64,000 bases of DNA from Octopus sinensis (lineage: Eukaryota). The notes under the pieces were generated by a model, which was given only the letters and a program-made list of their open reading frames with translations, was not told where the DNA came from and ran no database searches. The stretch's first letter is position 1. The number at the start of each line of letters is the position of its first letter. Positions 27,956 through 41,278 of this stretch are shown here, in pieces. The stretch spans positions 165,044,001 through 165,108,000 of the forward strand of contig NC_042997.1 in NCBI RefSeq assembly GCF_006345805.1, given 5' to 3'. The translations under genes and the position numbers were made by a program.

Positions 27956-28276
27956 AGGCGCGTGACTCCGTGGTTAGGGCATTCGGCTCACGATTGTAAG
28001 GTCGGGAGTTCAATTGCTTGCTATGTGCTGTGTCCTTGAGCAAGACCCTTTATTTCTCGTTGCTCCAGTTTACTCAGCTGGAAAAAAAAACGAGTTGTAT
28101 CTGTATTTCAAAAGGCCAGTCTTGTCACATTGTGTGTCACTCTGAATCTCCTTGAGAACTACGTTAAGAGTACGCGTATCTGTGGAGTGGTGAACCACTT
28201 GCACGTTAATTCTACATGTATGTTGTTCCGTTGATCGGATCAACTGGATCACTCGTCGTCGTAAACGACAGTGCCA
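27956..28276 (+). mobile_element. tRNA-derived SINE family C2
   Basis: Head ggcgcgtgactccgtggttaggg...gagttcaatt, then tgtccttgagcaagac. Homologous to 62988-63310. Confidence 0.75.
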
Positions 28277-28569
28277 TGCATACAGACCTTGTTCTTTTGT
28301 CTTGTGTATGTTTCCATTTTAATATTTTTCTTTAACTCCTTACACCTCCATTTCCTCTCTATCTCTTTTCTACTTATTCTCCAACCTTTTATTTGACTCC
28401 TTATCTCAATATACTCCTCAAAATCCTATAGACAATATATAAATGAGCTTCCTAAGTGTTCGACTGTATTATTTTGAATCTATTGTCAGAATATTTACAG
28501 ATGAGATATGTTCTACGTATTTGTACATGTATGTATGTTCTATTATGAATTTATTATATTTAAGATGAA

Positions 28570-28825
28570 AAGGATCTGAACTCAAAATGTAAATCCAGAA
28601 GGAATGCTGCTAAGCATTTTTTCTGGCGCGATAATGATTCTACCAACTTGTCGGCCTAATACTGATTTCAAATTTTGGCACAATGCTAGCAAATCTCAGA
28701 GATTACAGCGACCTCAGTGCTCAACTGGTACTTATTTTATCGACCCCGAAAGGATGAAAGAAAAAGTCGCTTTCAAGCGGAATTTGAACTCATACCGTAA
28801 AAACGGATGAAATGCCGTTAAACAT
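28570..28825 (-). mobile_element. SINE family B fragments
   Basis: caactggtacttattttatcgaccccgaaaggatgaaag...atttgaactc. Confidence 0.65.
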
Positions 28826-29594
28826 GTATGTTTGTATAGAGAACAACACATCCATACCATGGTCCATCGTACTGAGTTCGAGTTTCTGGTGTTTGGGTTA
28901 TTCATTGTAAAGAATTAACGTTAAGAAATTTTTGCTCTTCATAAAGTTATAATTTTTGGTTAAAGCTTATTAGCATGTGTGTCGATATTAACCAATTTAT
29001 CAAGCATGTTCGTGTATGTATGTATGTATGTATGTATGTATGTATGTATGTATGTATGTATGTATGTATGTATGTATGTATGTATGTATTATGTATGTAT
29101 GTATGCAAACTGCTGTTTATATAAATTTTATAATTTTATATTTATACATATACACCACCCCGCATATTTGCACCCCCACCCCCGCATATTTGCACACGTA
29201 TCACTGTATAATGTATTTATTCATTTCTGCGCATGTGATTGACTATATATATTCATGTGTGTGTGTGTGTGTGTGTGCGTGTACGTGTATACATGAATAT
29301 AACCGTGTTTGTTCGCGTTTCTATGTACGTATGTATGTGTGTATGTATGTGTGTAAGTATGTATGCATGTATGCAAGGTTGTATCTGTGTATTTATCTGT
29401 GCGTTTGTATGCCTCATAATTACTTGAATTCTTCCTGTAGAGAAGAAAGAAACAAAGCTCCATCCCTGGAATTTAGGCAGGCAAAACAATGAAGGAGTTA
29501 CTTCATCATATGCTTTAGAACTATGTATGTCGACGTGGATGGATTTACGACCGTATTTACCTACTTCTATGTATGTAGATGTGTATGTAGTATG

Positions 29595-29646
<52 letters not shown>

Positions 29647-29680
29647 ATTACATCGTTTTGTATGTGCGTGTGTGTCTGTA

Positions 29681-29716
<36 letters not shown>

Positions 29717-29744
29717 ATCTATCTATCATTCTATCTATCTATCT

Positions 29745-29785
<41 letters not shown>

Positions 29786-29827
29786 GTATCTATCTATATA
29801 TATATATATATAATACATATAATATAT

Positions 29828-29887
<60 letters not shown>

Positions 29888-29975
29888 AAATATTATTAGA
29901 GACAAAACCACTATTTTGCAAAACAAACAAGGAAGACTTATCAATACATAAATTTATAAATAGTCAAAAAAACCG

Positions 29976-30017
29976 CCATACAATCGTTTCTTGTCTTGAT
30001 CGACAATCTTCAGGTGG
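29976..30017 (-). ncRNA. Minimal type I hammerhead ribozyme
   Basis: CCAC-CUGAAGA-UUGUC(GAUCAA)GACAA-GAAAC-GAUU-GUA^UGG. One G is missing in stem I relative to the sister copies. Confidence 0.7.
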
Positions 30018-30325
30018 ACTTCCAATAAGTCAGTTGGAAATATGTATGGATGGATGGATGGATGGATGGATGAATGCATGTATGTATGCATGTATGTGTG
30101 TATGCATGTATGTATGTATGTACCTATCTATCTATCTATTATGTGTGTATGCATACGTAGGTACATGTGTGTATGTCATTATGCCATTATGCTCGTATGT
30201 GTGGCGGTGGGGTCCGCGTACATACATGTGTGACAGTAGCTGTATGCACTTCTTTCTAGTTTCTACTGCTCCATTAAGCCTTGGAGTGAAATTATTCATA
30301 ATTTTTGAAACTGACTATTGGAAGT

Positions 30326-30365
30326 CCACTGAAGATGTCGATCAAGACAGAAACGATTGTAGTGG
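30326..30365 (+). ncRNA. Minimal type I hammerhead ribozyme
   Basis: CCA-CUGAAGA-UGUC(GAUCAA)GACA-GAAAC-GAUU-GUA^GUGG. One C is missing in stem I. Confidence 0.7.
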
Positions 30366-30538
30366 CGGTTTTTTGACTATTTATTAAAATTTTATGTATT
30401 GATTAAGTTTCCTTGTTTGTTTTGCAAAATAGTGGTTTTGTCTCTAATAATATTTTATTAATATTTTACTATAAAATTGGATTTAATCCTAAATCTGATT
30501 TTTTTCCCTGTAATTTGGATTATTCCCTAATATTTATT

Positions 30539-30575
<37 letters not shown>

Positions 30576-30862
30576 TATTTATATATATATATATTATATA
30601 TATATATATAAAATGTCTACTTAGTTCTATGTATACAGTTATCTACGTCTATATATGTAGATTTGTATGTATGTTTGTATGTATAATCGTCTATATATGA
30701 TTGTGTGTTTATGCACACACGCACACATGTATATGCATGTGTGTATGCATGTATGTACGTGCGTATGTATGTATGTATTCATGCATGCATGCATGTATGT
30801 GTGTATGTATGCATGTATGTATGTATATGTATGTATGTATGTATGTATGTATGGATGGATGT

Positions 30863-31117
30863 ATGTATGGATGGATGGATGGATGGATGGATGGATGAAT
30901 GCATGATGTATGCATTAGGTGTGTATGCATGTATGTATGTATGTACCTATCTATTATCTATTTGTTGTATGCATACGTAGGTACTGTGTTGTATGTCATT
31001 ATGCCATTATGCTCGTATGTGTGGCGGTGGGGTCCGCGTACATACATGTGTGACAGTAGCTGTATGCACTTCTTTCTAGTTTCTACTGCTCCATTAAGCC
31101 TTGGAGTGAAATTATTC
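30863..31117 (+). repeat. Genomic segment duplicated inside the fold-back spacer (30042-30297)
   Basis: ...gtggcggtggggtccgcgtacatac...ccttggagtgaaattattc is present at both sites in direct orientation. Confidence 0.9.
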
Positions 31118-31737
31118 CTCCGCCCTACCCCCCTCTTTTTTTCTTCCTTACTCTCTCCTTTTTCTTTCAGTCCTCTCCCTCTACCTTTGTCAATCTCTGT
31201 TTCTCTACTCTCCCCCGTCCCTCGCTCTTTCTCCCCCTCCCTCTCTCTCTCTCTCTCTCTTTCTCACTCCTCTTTCTGGACGCACGAAAATGTATGTTGT
31301 AATTAACAATACAATAATAATGTATTAAAGTAATTTCAAAATTAAAACAAAACAAAAACAAACAAACGCAATGAAACCACCGGCATCACCATCAAAATAA
31401 CCCCAAACACCATCACTGCTAACACCACAACAATACCGCCAATAACAAACAAAACAACAACACCCAATTTATTACGAAAAACGAAAAATTCCAAACTCCA
31501 AACAAACCCTTTTCTTCGGTAGATTTCCTGTAACTAATTTTTATTGAGATATTTTTTCGGAACAAAATATTTTACAACTTGAGCCGAATTCTAATTGTAT
31601 CATAATTAAAGGATGTTAAATAATATCTTGTGTATAATTGTATATATATATATATATATCATTTGTAATATAGTAATCTACATATATTTGTATATCATAT
31701 AAGATATATATATATATTCTATTTATATAATACACAG

Positions 31738-31796
<59 letters not shown>

Positions 31797-31924
31797 CGGT
31801 TTGGCAAAAATGACTGATAGAATAAGTACCAAGCTTACAATAAATAAGTTCAGGGTAGATTTCTTCGACTAAAAGGCGGTGCTCCAGCATGGTCACAGTC
31901 AAAGTGACTGAAACAAGTAAAAGA
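31797..31924 (+). mobile_element. SINE family A 3' fragment with long flanking direct repeat
   Basis: Tail sequence, flanked by tattctatttatataatacacagtata at about 31715 and 31934. Confidence 0.75.
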
Positions 31925-31964
31925 ATATATATATATTCTATTTATATAATACACAGTATATATA

Positions 31965-32006
<42 letters not shown>

Positions 32007-32097
32007 AAATTAAATTAATAATACATAATGCATATAATTTATGAAATACAATGCACAGAACATATATCTAATACTTATATAACTATATAATTCTTTA

Positions 32098-32638
32098 TAT
32101 TCTTTTCTTTGTTTCAGTCATTTGACTGCGGCCATGCTGGAGCACCGTCTTTTAGTCGAACAAATCGACCCCAGAACTTATTCTACGCTAGCCTAGTACC
32201 TATTCTATCGGTTTCTTTTGCTGAATCGCTAAGTTACGGGGGACATAAAAACACCAACATCGATTGTCAAGCGATGGTGGGGGTACAAACACACAAACAA
32301 GCATATACATATACACGACGGACTTCTTTCAGATTCTGTCTACCAAATCCACTTTCAAGGCTTTGGTCGGCCCGAGGCTATAGTAGAAGACACTTGTCCA
32401 AGGTGCCACGTAGTGGGACTGAACCCGGAACTATATGGTTAGGACGAACAAGGACAGACAAACGGATTAAGTCGATTACAGCGACTCCAGTGCGTAACTG
32501 GTACTTAATTTATCGACCCCCGAAAGGATGAAAGGCAAAGTCGACCTCGGCGGAATTTGAACTCAGAACGTAGCGGCAGACAAAATACCGCTAAGCATTT
32601 CGCCCGATGTGCTAACGTTTCTGCCAGCTCACCACCTT
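32098..32638 (-). mobile_element. SINE family A (32098-32442) joined to SINE family B (32462-32638)
   Basis: Homology to the other copies in the window. Confidence 0.8.
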
Positions 32639-33257
32639 GACGGACCAAAAATAATAATAAGCGGAAAGTTGAGGTTGTTGTAAAGCTCTAGGCTATTATA
32701 TATGCGTTTGGATGACAAGAAACCTGTTTTGATGTAAAGACAGGGATTGTAGTGGTTGTGCGAGCAGCCGCTTAAACTGCAATAAACTGCAGCCTAATCT
32801 TCCTCAAACATTACTCGACCGCCTTGTTGTTGATATTAGAGATGCTTACAGCAACAGCTTTTTTTTTAGCCATACTATCAGTAATAGTTTTAATCGCAAT
32901 AATGGTGCTGATAGTAATAATAGTTGTTGTGGCGGTGGTCATAGCTGCGGTATTATTGTTGTTGTTGTTGTTGTAGGGGGGGTTATGATGGTGAAGTGTA
33001 AGTAGGCGTTGACGGTTAGTGATTGCCGAGGGTCAATGGTCGCTGTAATAGTAATGGTGATAGTAGTAGTGGCGGTGGAGGTGGTCATGGTTTTTGCAGC
33101 GGGTGGAGTGCAATGATTGACTAGTGGTAGCAGTGGTGTTGTTTAGTGGAGTTTGTAGTGGTGGTAGTTGTGGTGTACCCGGTGCATGCCAGAAATTTTG
33201 AAATTCGTTTAGGAGCGCTAGTTATAACTGTCTTAGATTATTGTAACTTTAGTCCTT

Positions 33258-33727
33258 TAGGGCTTCCGTTGGTCATGGCTGACCATGGATGTGTCATCCG
33301 TCCGTTGAGTTGGCTTTTCAGTTTTTGCAACGCCTCCTGTGGCTGTAGAGACCGATGCGAGAGTGGCAGTCTCGTTTGCAGAGGTCACACCTATACGTTG
33401 AATCCGGTCTGTTGGCTGTCATTTCTTTTCTGCGGGCTCGGTTTTCAGCTGCCGCCACCCTCAAATTATCTTCGCCGGTCTGCAGTTGTTTGTGAAGAGT
33501 GCCTCTCCAGATGGTTCAGTCGGCTGCGAGATCCTCCCAGGAATTGGTGTTGATGCCAAGTACCTTCATGTGCCTCCTGCACACGTCCCTGTACCTCAGC
33601 TTCGGGCAGCCAATGTTTGGGATCCGACCATACTCCATACGGCGAACGTGGCCAAGCCAGCGCAGCCGACGTTGTCTTAGCAAGGTGAGCATGGTGGGGA
33701 GGCCAGCACGAGACAGAACGTCAGTAA
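33258..33727 (-). mobile_element. RTE LINE 3' end
   Basis: VLSRAGLPTMLTLLRQRRLRWLGHVRRME..RIP...WEDLAAD...CDLCKRDCHSRIGLYSHRRRC*, plus a short 3' UTR. Confidence 0.9.
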
Positions 33728-33789
33728 CTTTAGTAAATCATTACTATAAATCTAATAAGTTGAGATGCTGACTTTTTAATCCAGATTGA

Positions 33790-34472
33790 AAGAGACGGCT
33801 ATAACAGCACTTTGAACACATCCTACTGAACACTGCTTGCCACGTCTGTTTAGTTTACAGAATGCAGTTGGGAGGTGAAGGCAATTTGGAAGCTCGCTCT
33901 ACAATAAAGTCTTGTGTTAAACTAGGCAAAAACGGAACAGAAACTTATGAAATGTCTCAGACTGCTTATAGATTAACTTGTATGAGCTGAGCATCTGTTG
34001 TCTTTCACTGGCACAAGTGACCAGGCAAAGTAAATCTGCTAGGAAGCTAATGATGATCATTTTTCGACATTCAGGATCATCATCTACATATACTGCGGAA
34101 CGGTCAGCAAAGAGTACTTTGTGGAAGCTTTGAAGGAGTTCAGAGATTTCGTCGCAAAAGGCCAGAACACTTGCACCAGGAAAATGCACCGGTCCACAAT
34201 TCCATCCAGGTAACTAACTACTTGACAGAGATGGGCATCAAAGCTTTTCCTCACCCTCCTTACACTAAACTAAACAAGATGAAGGAGATTGTGACAAGGG
34301 TCCTGGACACCTTCACTTTGGAGGACTTCCATGGGACCTTCATGAAATGGCTGGAGTGCGACAACAAGTTCAAAATCGGGAGATCTTATTTTGGAGGAGG
34401 CTAGAGGATTTGTACTTCTTTATAATAAATGTCTGTCCTGAAAGGTCTCAAAGCTTCCGAAATCACATTGTA
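33790..34472 (+). mobile_element. Deleted mariner transposon
   Basis: IKSCVKLGKNGTETYEM, TVSKEYFVEAL, HQENAPVHNS...PHPPY, ..G.SYF.G relics. Confidence 0.8.
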
Positions 34473-34520
34473 GGTTACTAGAAATAGCATCAAATTTTCT
34501 CTACTATCGTATAATATCTT

Positions 34521-34716
34521 AAGGTGGCGTGCTGGCAGAATCGTTAGTACACAGGGCAAAATGCTTAGTGGCATTCCGTCCACATTTACTTGTGTTCAAA
34601 TTCCGCCATGGTCGACTTCGCCTTTCGGGGTCGATAAAATGAGTACCAGTTGCGCACTGGGGATGATGTAATCAACTTATATACTCCTTCGAACTTGCTG
34701 CCCTTATACCGAAATT
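34521..34716 (+). mobile_element. SINE family B
   Basis: ggtggcgtgctggcagaatcgttag...ggtcgataaaatgagtaccagttg. Confidence 0.75.
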
Positions 34717-35217
34717 TAAAATTAATATTGTATCGTATCTTAAAAGCGGCCGCGGTGGTGGCAGTGGTGGTTGTGGTACTAGTGTCTATAGTTGTGTTCA
34801 TAGTATTGTTTGTAGTAGGAATAACAGTGGTGAATTGGCAATGGTGTTAATAACAGTAGCGTTGACGGCAGGGGTGTTGTCGGTAGTGGTGTGATATTAG
34901 TGGTTGTGGCAGTAATGGTGGTGATGGTGGTAGAGATGGTAGTGGCAGTTGCTAGATTAGACAGCTAGGTGTTGGTTTAGAGGAGCTGACAGTGTCTTAT
35001 TTTACTGGTGTTGATGTGCTACGGTGTGCAGAAACTGTTTACCTGTCTTTAAGGCAGAAACATTTTTTTTGTCGTTGTTTTAATTCAGATCTTCGAAATA
35101 ATAGAGAATTTTTAATTTTGATTTAATGTAAACAAATAATTCTTGTTAGTTTAATTATTAAAATACAAAGAAACAAACTACAATTATTAATTATTATTAT
35201 TTTTATTATTATTATTA

Positions 35218-35273
<56 letters not shown>

Positions 35274-35396
35274 GTTACTGCTAATTTTTTTGTGTTGATG
35301 TTTTCAAATGTTTCTTGTTTGTGTTTAGCAACTAAATGTTTGGATTTCCGCGACAGTATATATATGTATCTATGTATGTGTGTATATATATATATA

Positions 35397-35488
<92 letters not shown>

Positions 35489-35495
35489 ATGTATG

Positions 35496-35562
<67 letters not shown>

Positions 35563-35567
35563 GTTTG

Positions 35568-35611
<44 letters not shown>

Positions 35612-35695
35612 CATATATATATTTATATGGATAATACCATACAAAATTCTGGTGCCTTTAACTTAAATACCATATTCATCTGAATCTAATTTTGC

Positions 35696-35789
<94 letters not shown>

Positions 35790-36455
35790 ATATATGTATA
35801 CATGTATATATATATTTATATATGTGTGTGTATCTGTGTGTGTTTGTGTGTTTTTGTGTGAGTGTCTATATATGTGTACGTGTCTGTGTCTGTGTATGGA
35901 CGTGTGTGAGCGCGTACGCGTGACTATGTATAATTACGTGCGTGTTTGTAAATGCTTATATAAATTTGAATATTTATATAGAGACAACTAGTACTCAACT
36001 TTAATTGCGTGTGCATGTGTGTATGCGTGTGTGAGTGCGTGTGTGTGAGTGTCTTTCTCTGGGTAGACGTAAACACGATATATCAATAGAGCATTTGTCC
36101 ATTATTTGAAGTTTCGTGCGGTGGAGACGTTTATCAGTTGGCGTATCAACGAATATGTGCGTGCGTGTTACATATATGCATAAATATTACATATCAAATA
36201 TGCGCATGAAAATACACACACGCAGACACACGCACACACATGCTTTCATAGATACATACATTCATACATTCATTCATACAAGCACATATATGTATGTGAG
36301 TATATACACACACACAAACACATATATATGTCTGCGCGTATGTATGTATGTATGTATGTATATGTATGTATGTATTATGTCTGTGTGTATATATATATAT
36401 ATATCCACATATATAATCTATGTATGTATGTATGCATGTATGTATATATATATAC

Positions 36456-36527
<72 letters not shown>

Positions 36528-36569
36528 ACAGAGAGAGAGAGAGAGAGAGAGAAGAATACATAGACATAC

Positions 36570-36600
<31 letters not shown>

Positions 36601-36663
36601 ATTCTAACAAAAACTATCCGACGAACGGGGACGTGAAACTCAGAGTAACAGCTTTTGTTGAAT
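36601..36663 (+). ncRNA. Type I hammerhead-like motif (CCGA core) in an ~85-bp insert within (TA)n
   Basis: AUUCUAACAAAAACUAU-CCGACGA-ACG(GGGA)CGU-GAAAC-UCAGA-GUA^ACAGCUUUUGUUGAAU. Long imperfect stem I. Confidence 0.6.
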
Positions 36664-36684
36664 TTTCCGCTGCTTTAAATAAAG

Positions 36685-36716
<32 letters not shown>

Positions 36717-36720
36717 ATAT

Positions 36721-36758
<38 letters not shown>

Positions 36759-37105
36759 CGTGTGATCATTTAGGTTTCATATGTTGAAAAGACCACTCAG
36801 CACAATTAATGTTTCCTTTGCGCCCAAAACAAATAGTTTTGTAGGACAACCCGAGTACCATGAGTCACCTGTGTCTGATGATAAGTATTCAACCACTTTG
36901 AGTATTTTAAAAACTATTGGTAACGTGGACTGACAGGTTTTCATAATTTTATTATATATGTATATATAATGTATATATGTGAGTGTGAATCAAAATGTCT
37001 ATACTTATATCTGTGCCTATTCTCATTTGTGGGGGGGAGGGGATATATTCAAATACGAATGAAAAGCAGCCCGAGGGATGTAAATAATATCGAACACGCA
37101 TACGC

Positions 37106-37256
37106 AAGGTATATGTTGTCAGTTGATGGGCAGGCTCCGACTGTAGGCGAAGGAGAATATATTCGCATAGATACCAGCCGAATTCCATGAGAATATATTC
37201 TCTTACGATTACAAGCGCAGCCTGCCCACGAACTGACAAAACACATCACATGCCTT
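37106..37256. repeat. Imperfect hairpin (~55-60-bp arms)
   Basis: tgtcagttgatgggcaggct...gagaatatattc pairs with gaatatattctc...agcctgcccacgaactgaca. Confidence 0.7.
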
Positions 37257-40200
37257 ATCTTATATTTGCGTTCGATATTATATGTGTGTGTGTGCGTGTA
37301 TGTGTGTGTGAATGTATATATAAAGAATTATATATTATATATATTATATATATATATATTTATACACCCACTTCACAGAGTATACCCAAGTCAGTTATTT
37401 AATAATCAAAGCAGTAGAACAGCTCAATGTGTATTTGATAGTATGGTTTGTGTTTATGTGAATTAAATGAATACGAATGATGGATTTCGGAATGGTTAAC
37501 ATTTCTTGATATGTTAATGAACCAGTACTCTTCTAACTTCTAAGGAAGCATTCTCGGTATTAGTGTAAAGGTGAAAGCTTACTGTTTTGATAGGATGTAG
37601 AAACATCTATGTGCTATTGTGAGTTTTGTCCCCGCACAAAAATTTTCTTATGTGTTTTTATGTACTAATAATATTGCCTTCATCTTTTTGTGTAAGGCTG
37701 AGAAACATGCGGTTTGCAACAATGCGATTCACACGTCCAGTTCACTTTTATATTAAAAATACTTATTATTGTTTTAATCTTGAAATTATTCTGTAAAATG
37801 TATATCTCTAAAATGTCTTCGAAGTCAAAGCCTACGTCGTATAGTGACTAACACTGGTTCTGGTTCCAATCATTCCAATCAGTATATCTAAGTAAATCTT
37901 TTATTATTTTAGTCACTGAAAAAGAAGCTCATGCATCTGTATATCAACAAATTTGATCTATTTCTCCTCCACTCTATACATGTCGAGCCATATCAATGCA
38001 TTTGTTTTTTCAGATTTATACATCTGTTCATCCATATGATGATTCGAGTGATATGAACTATATTGAAAGGTTTTGCAGCTGAATCATTGTAAGCCTTCTA
38101 TCTAGCGTTAGACTTCTCTAGAACTGTGAGTATTCATTTGACAATCTCTATCTCCGTCCTAGCTTTAAGGACAAATTAATGGAATTGTATATACAGCATG
38201 TGGATGAGTTTTTCCTACACAGCTCTTCTCAAACCTCACTCGTTTCTTTCTTTATTGTTAACAATATTATTATAATGCTCGTTATCCGTTTTATCCATTT
38301 ATTTTAGCTTACTCTACGAATAGGGTTTTCATGAATAATTGTTATCCGGTCCGCAAAGCGAAACGAGTTTGGCACCCCTATTTTGGGGCCTCAGATTCAT
38401 ACACGGTGTCACCCTATTCCTAACAGCTAGTGTAAATGGATTATTCTGGATTCTGTTTCTCTGCCATCACTACCATAATTGCAGTTGATGATTTGATGAT
38501 TCTGTTATAGTTTCCATTTGTGCTGTTGAATTTCATGTGCTTGCTGCATTTGATGGCGATCTAAGGTCATTATTGTTGCCGTATATGCTGTTGTTATTGA
38601 TTTTGCTGTTGTTCCTGCTGAGAGCATTGCTACTGTTGTGTTCATGCTATTATTTGGCCTGTCAGCTTTAATACTTTAAGCTGCACTGGCAAGACTCTAC
38701 TCATTGTCACACATCGAAGGTTACTGAACTTTCAAACTGTAAGCAATGGAGCAGCCATCGCCAACACCTGTTAAACACCAATGCTATGATGCAGTTCTCT
38801 TTGAAGATATAAAGCTTCTGTTACTAACGCTCTGTCATTCATGCATACAGATACGAAACATTTTGTATTCCACCGCTTTATCTTAGCACTTGTTTTATCA
38901 ATGGTTTCTTTGATTAATTGGCACCAAGCCACAGATTTGTAAGGGTGACGTATGCTTAACTCGAACCTTATTTTATCGATTTAACGGAATTTAAACTCAT
39001 AATGTATAGCAAGGTATCTAAGTACCGTAAGGTATTTCCTCTATTACTCGACGGGTTTTGCCATTCCAACGACGCTAAAAAAAAACGGTATCATTATCAT
39101 CATTGTCAACCACCACCACCACAACTACGATGACAAGAACAACAACAACAACAGTAACAACAATAACAACAGTAAAAACAATAACAACAGTAGTAACAAC
39201 AACAACAACAACAACAACAGCAACAAAACTGATGACGCAGATAAAAGCAACATCAAAATAATGACAACTGTTTCCGACATATGCATTAGGCCAGGAATGT
39301 TGTGCAAATATAAAGAGCTCAAACGAAACACACCAAAAATAACAACTACTGTTGTAGCAGTAACAACAACAGCAGCAACAATAATACTAGTAATAGTTTC
39401 TTTCTTTTTGTTTTTTGTATTTTTAACTAATAATGACTTCATTTATTTACTACAGGAGCGTCGAATATAATCACCCACACTGTATGTAAGAAAGGTATGA
39501 TATATACGACATATATAGAGTTATTACACAAAAATCAAATAAAAGGACACTGAGATAAACAAGTGTATATAGCATACACCAAAAAGTGATGATGATTCGG
39601 TTGCCCTATTAAAAGATGGCTTCCAATTCGAGTCAATAAAAGAACTCCACAGATCAAGGATCACACTGACCGCCAAGGGTTTATTTCAATCTCGTTCTAA
39701 CTTTTACCATTTTCACCACTGACACAGCCATTCTTTTAACAAATTTACTAGGCGATAGCTGTTCCTCAACCTTCTTTTCTAAGTGGAATCTGAAAAACGT
39801 CGACGACAGTCTCATCAAATGAAGAAGTCTCTGTATTCAGTCTTCTCAGCCTTACGTCAAGACCCCCTTCGGTCATGAATGACCATGATATTGTACCTAG
39901 ATTGTCTACTCTAAGGAGCAAGACTACAACAAAGGCTCCTCTAAAACTTCATTATTTTACTTCTTTCATAAGGACCCATGTGGAAATGGCATTTAACTTT
40001 ATTTTGTATGTGTCTGTGTCTGTGTCTGATTGTATAGGGTGCCTATCTACTGGTAGTTTAGGGAATTAAAACATTCCTCTTACATGAAGATATCATTTAC
40101 AACTTCTTCTGTTGTATAACATTAGTGACGTCGATGAGACGGTGCTGGGTTCGTGTGTTTGATTGATTGTTTTGTTGTTCCTGTATTTCTTCATGTTTTT

Positions 40201-40577
40201 TCCCTTTCGCAGTCAAGGTTATATTTGTAGACTCTTTTGCGCTCCATTTTCGTTTGTGTTTTGTGTGTGTGTGTCTGTGTGCATGTGTATGTGTGTGTCT
40301 GTGTGTGTGTGTGTGCAGTGCGGCATCGCTATTTGCTTTCTTTCTCATTGTACATCTGATACACGTTTGCTACGATTTGATCTGATTCTCTTCCTTGTCA
40401 GTTAATGAGAAAGGAAAGTGTGAGAATGAAAGCTGGTTGTGTATGTGATTGTGTAATTCGTGTTGGTGGTGGTTTTGTTGGAAGAGATACTCGAGAAAGA
40501 CTTCCTGTTTGGAAGGTGGTGACAGTATATTCTCTCCTTGCATTGAGAGTGCTTTGAGGGATTTAATAATAATAAAT

Positions 40578-40826
40578 AAATGCGCCCTTTTAAATTCTAG
40601 CCAGGCTCATGGGCCCGGTTTCCCGGTTTCCGTGTAGTATGTGTTCCCCAGCTGGATGGGGCGCCAATCCATCGCAGCGTTACTCATTTTTGCCTGCTGA
40701 GTTGACTGGAGCAACGTGAAATGAAGTGTTTTGCTCAAGAACACAACGCGTCGCCCGGTCCAGGAATCGAAACCACAATCTTACGATCATGATGCTGACA
40801 CCCTAACCACTAAGCCACGCGCCTCC
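40578..40826 (-). mobile_element. tRNA-derived SINE family C1
   Basis: Head ggaggcgcgtggcttagtggttaggg...ggtttcgattcc. Tail ...ggaaaccgggaaaccgggcccatgagcctggctag. Confidence 0.8.
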
Positions 40827-40834
40827 ACTTTGAG

Positions 40835-41140
40835 GGATTTAATCCACTAGTACTGTTCCTGCTTCTAATGCTAGTGCTGCAGATTTTAGTCACTTTTACT
40901 TTGGTTACTGGTGCTCTGCCGGAACCGAAGTCGAGAAGATGACTCTGATCTGGCGTTGCGTAGTTCACTTCCTTGTGTCCTTGCAATCCTGTTTCTGTTC
41001 GTAGGGGCTGGCACCTCTGTTGATGCAGCTTCTCCATGTAGGGCGGTCTTGTGCTAGCGTTTCCCAGCAGCTGATTTTGATCTCAAAGCACTTCAGTGAG
41101 ATTTTGATCTTCAAGCCTTCTACCATGTAGATGAAGCCAG
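40835..41140 (-). mobile_element. RTE LINE 3' fragment
   Basis: WETLAQDRPTWRSCINRGA...YEQ relic. Confidence 0.7.
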
Positions 41141-41278
41141 ATGTCTTTTAGAGATTAATATGAGCAGGTGGGATTCATCTATGCACCTCCAAGAATAGGC
41201 TATCCTTTTAAATATTTATTTCCTGTAGCATCATTACTATTTTCTTAATTTACTTTCCAAATACGGTAGCAAAAATAA

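Larger units (their letters stand above)
29886..30540 (+). mobile_element. Hammerhead-bearing inverted pLTR pair (Penelope-like) in (TA)n, with captured spacer
   Basis: Left arm 29886-~30043 is the reverse complement of the right arm ~30297-30457. The right unit continues to 30540 and then (TA)n. Homologous to 53809-54295. Confidence 0.8.

Noticed and set aside
29016-31306. ORFs up to 286 aa (YIYI/MYVC/LSIY)
   Set aside because: Products of TA, TATG and CTAT repeats.
37450-38300. Possible decayed Penelope RT on the minus strand
   Set aside because: Only vague motif echoes. Needs tBLASTn or an HMM search.
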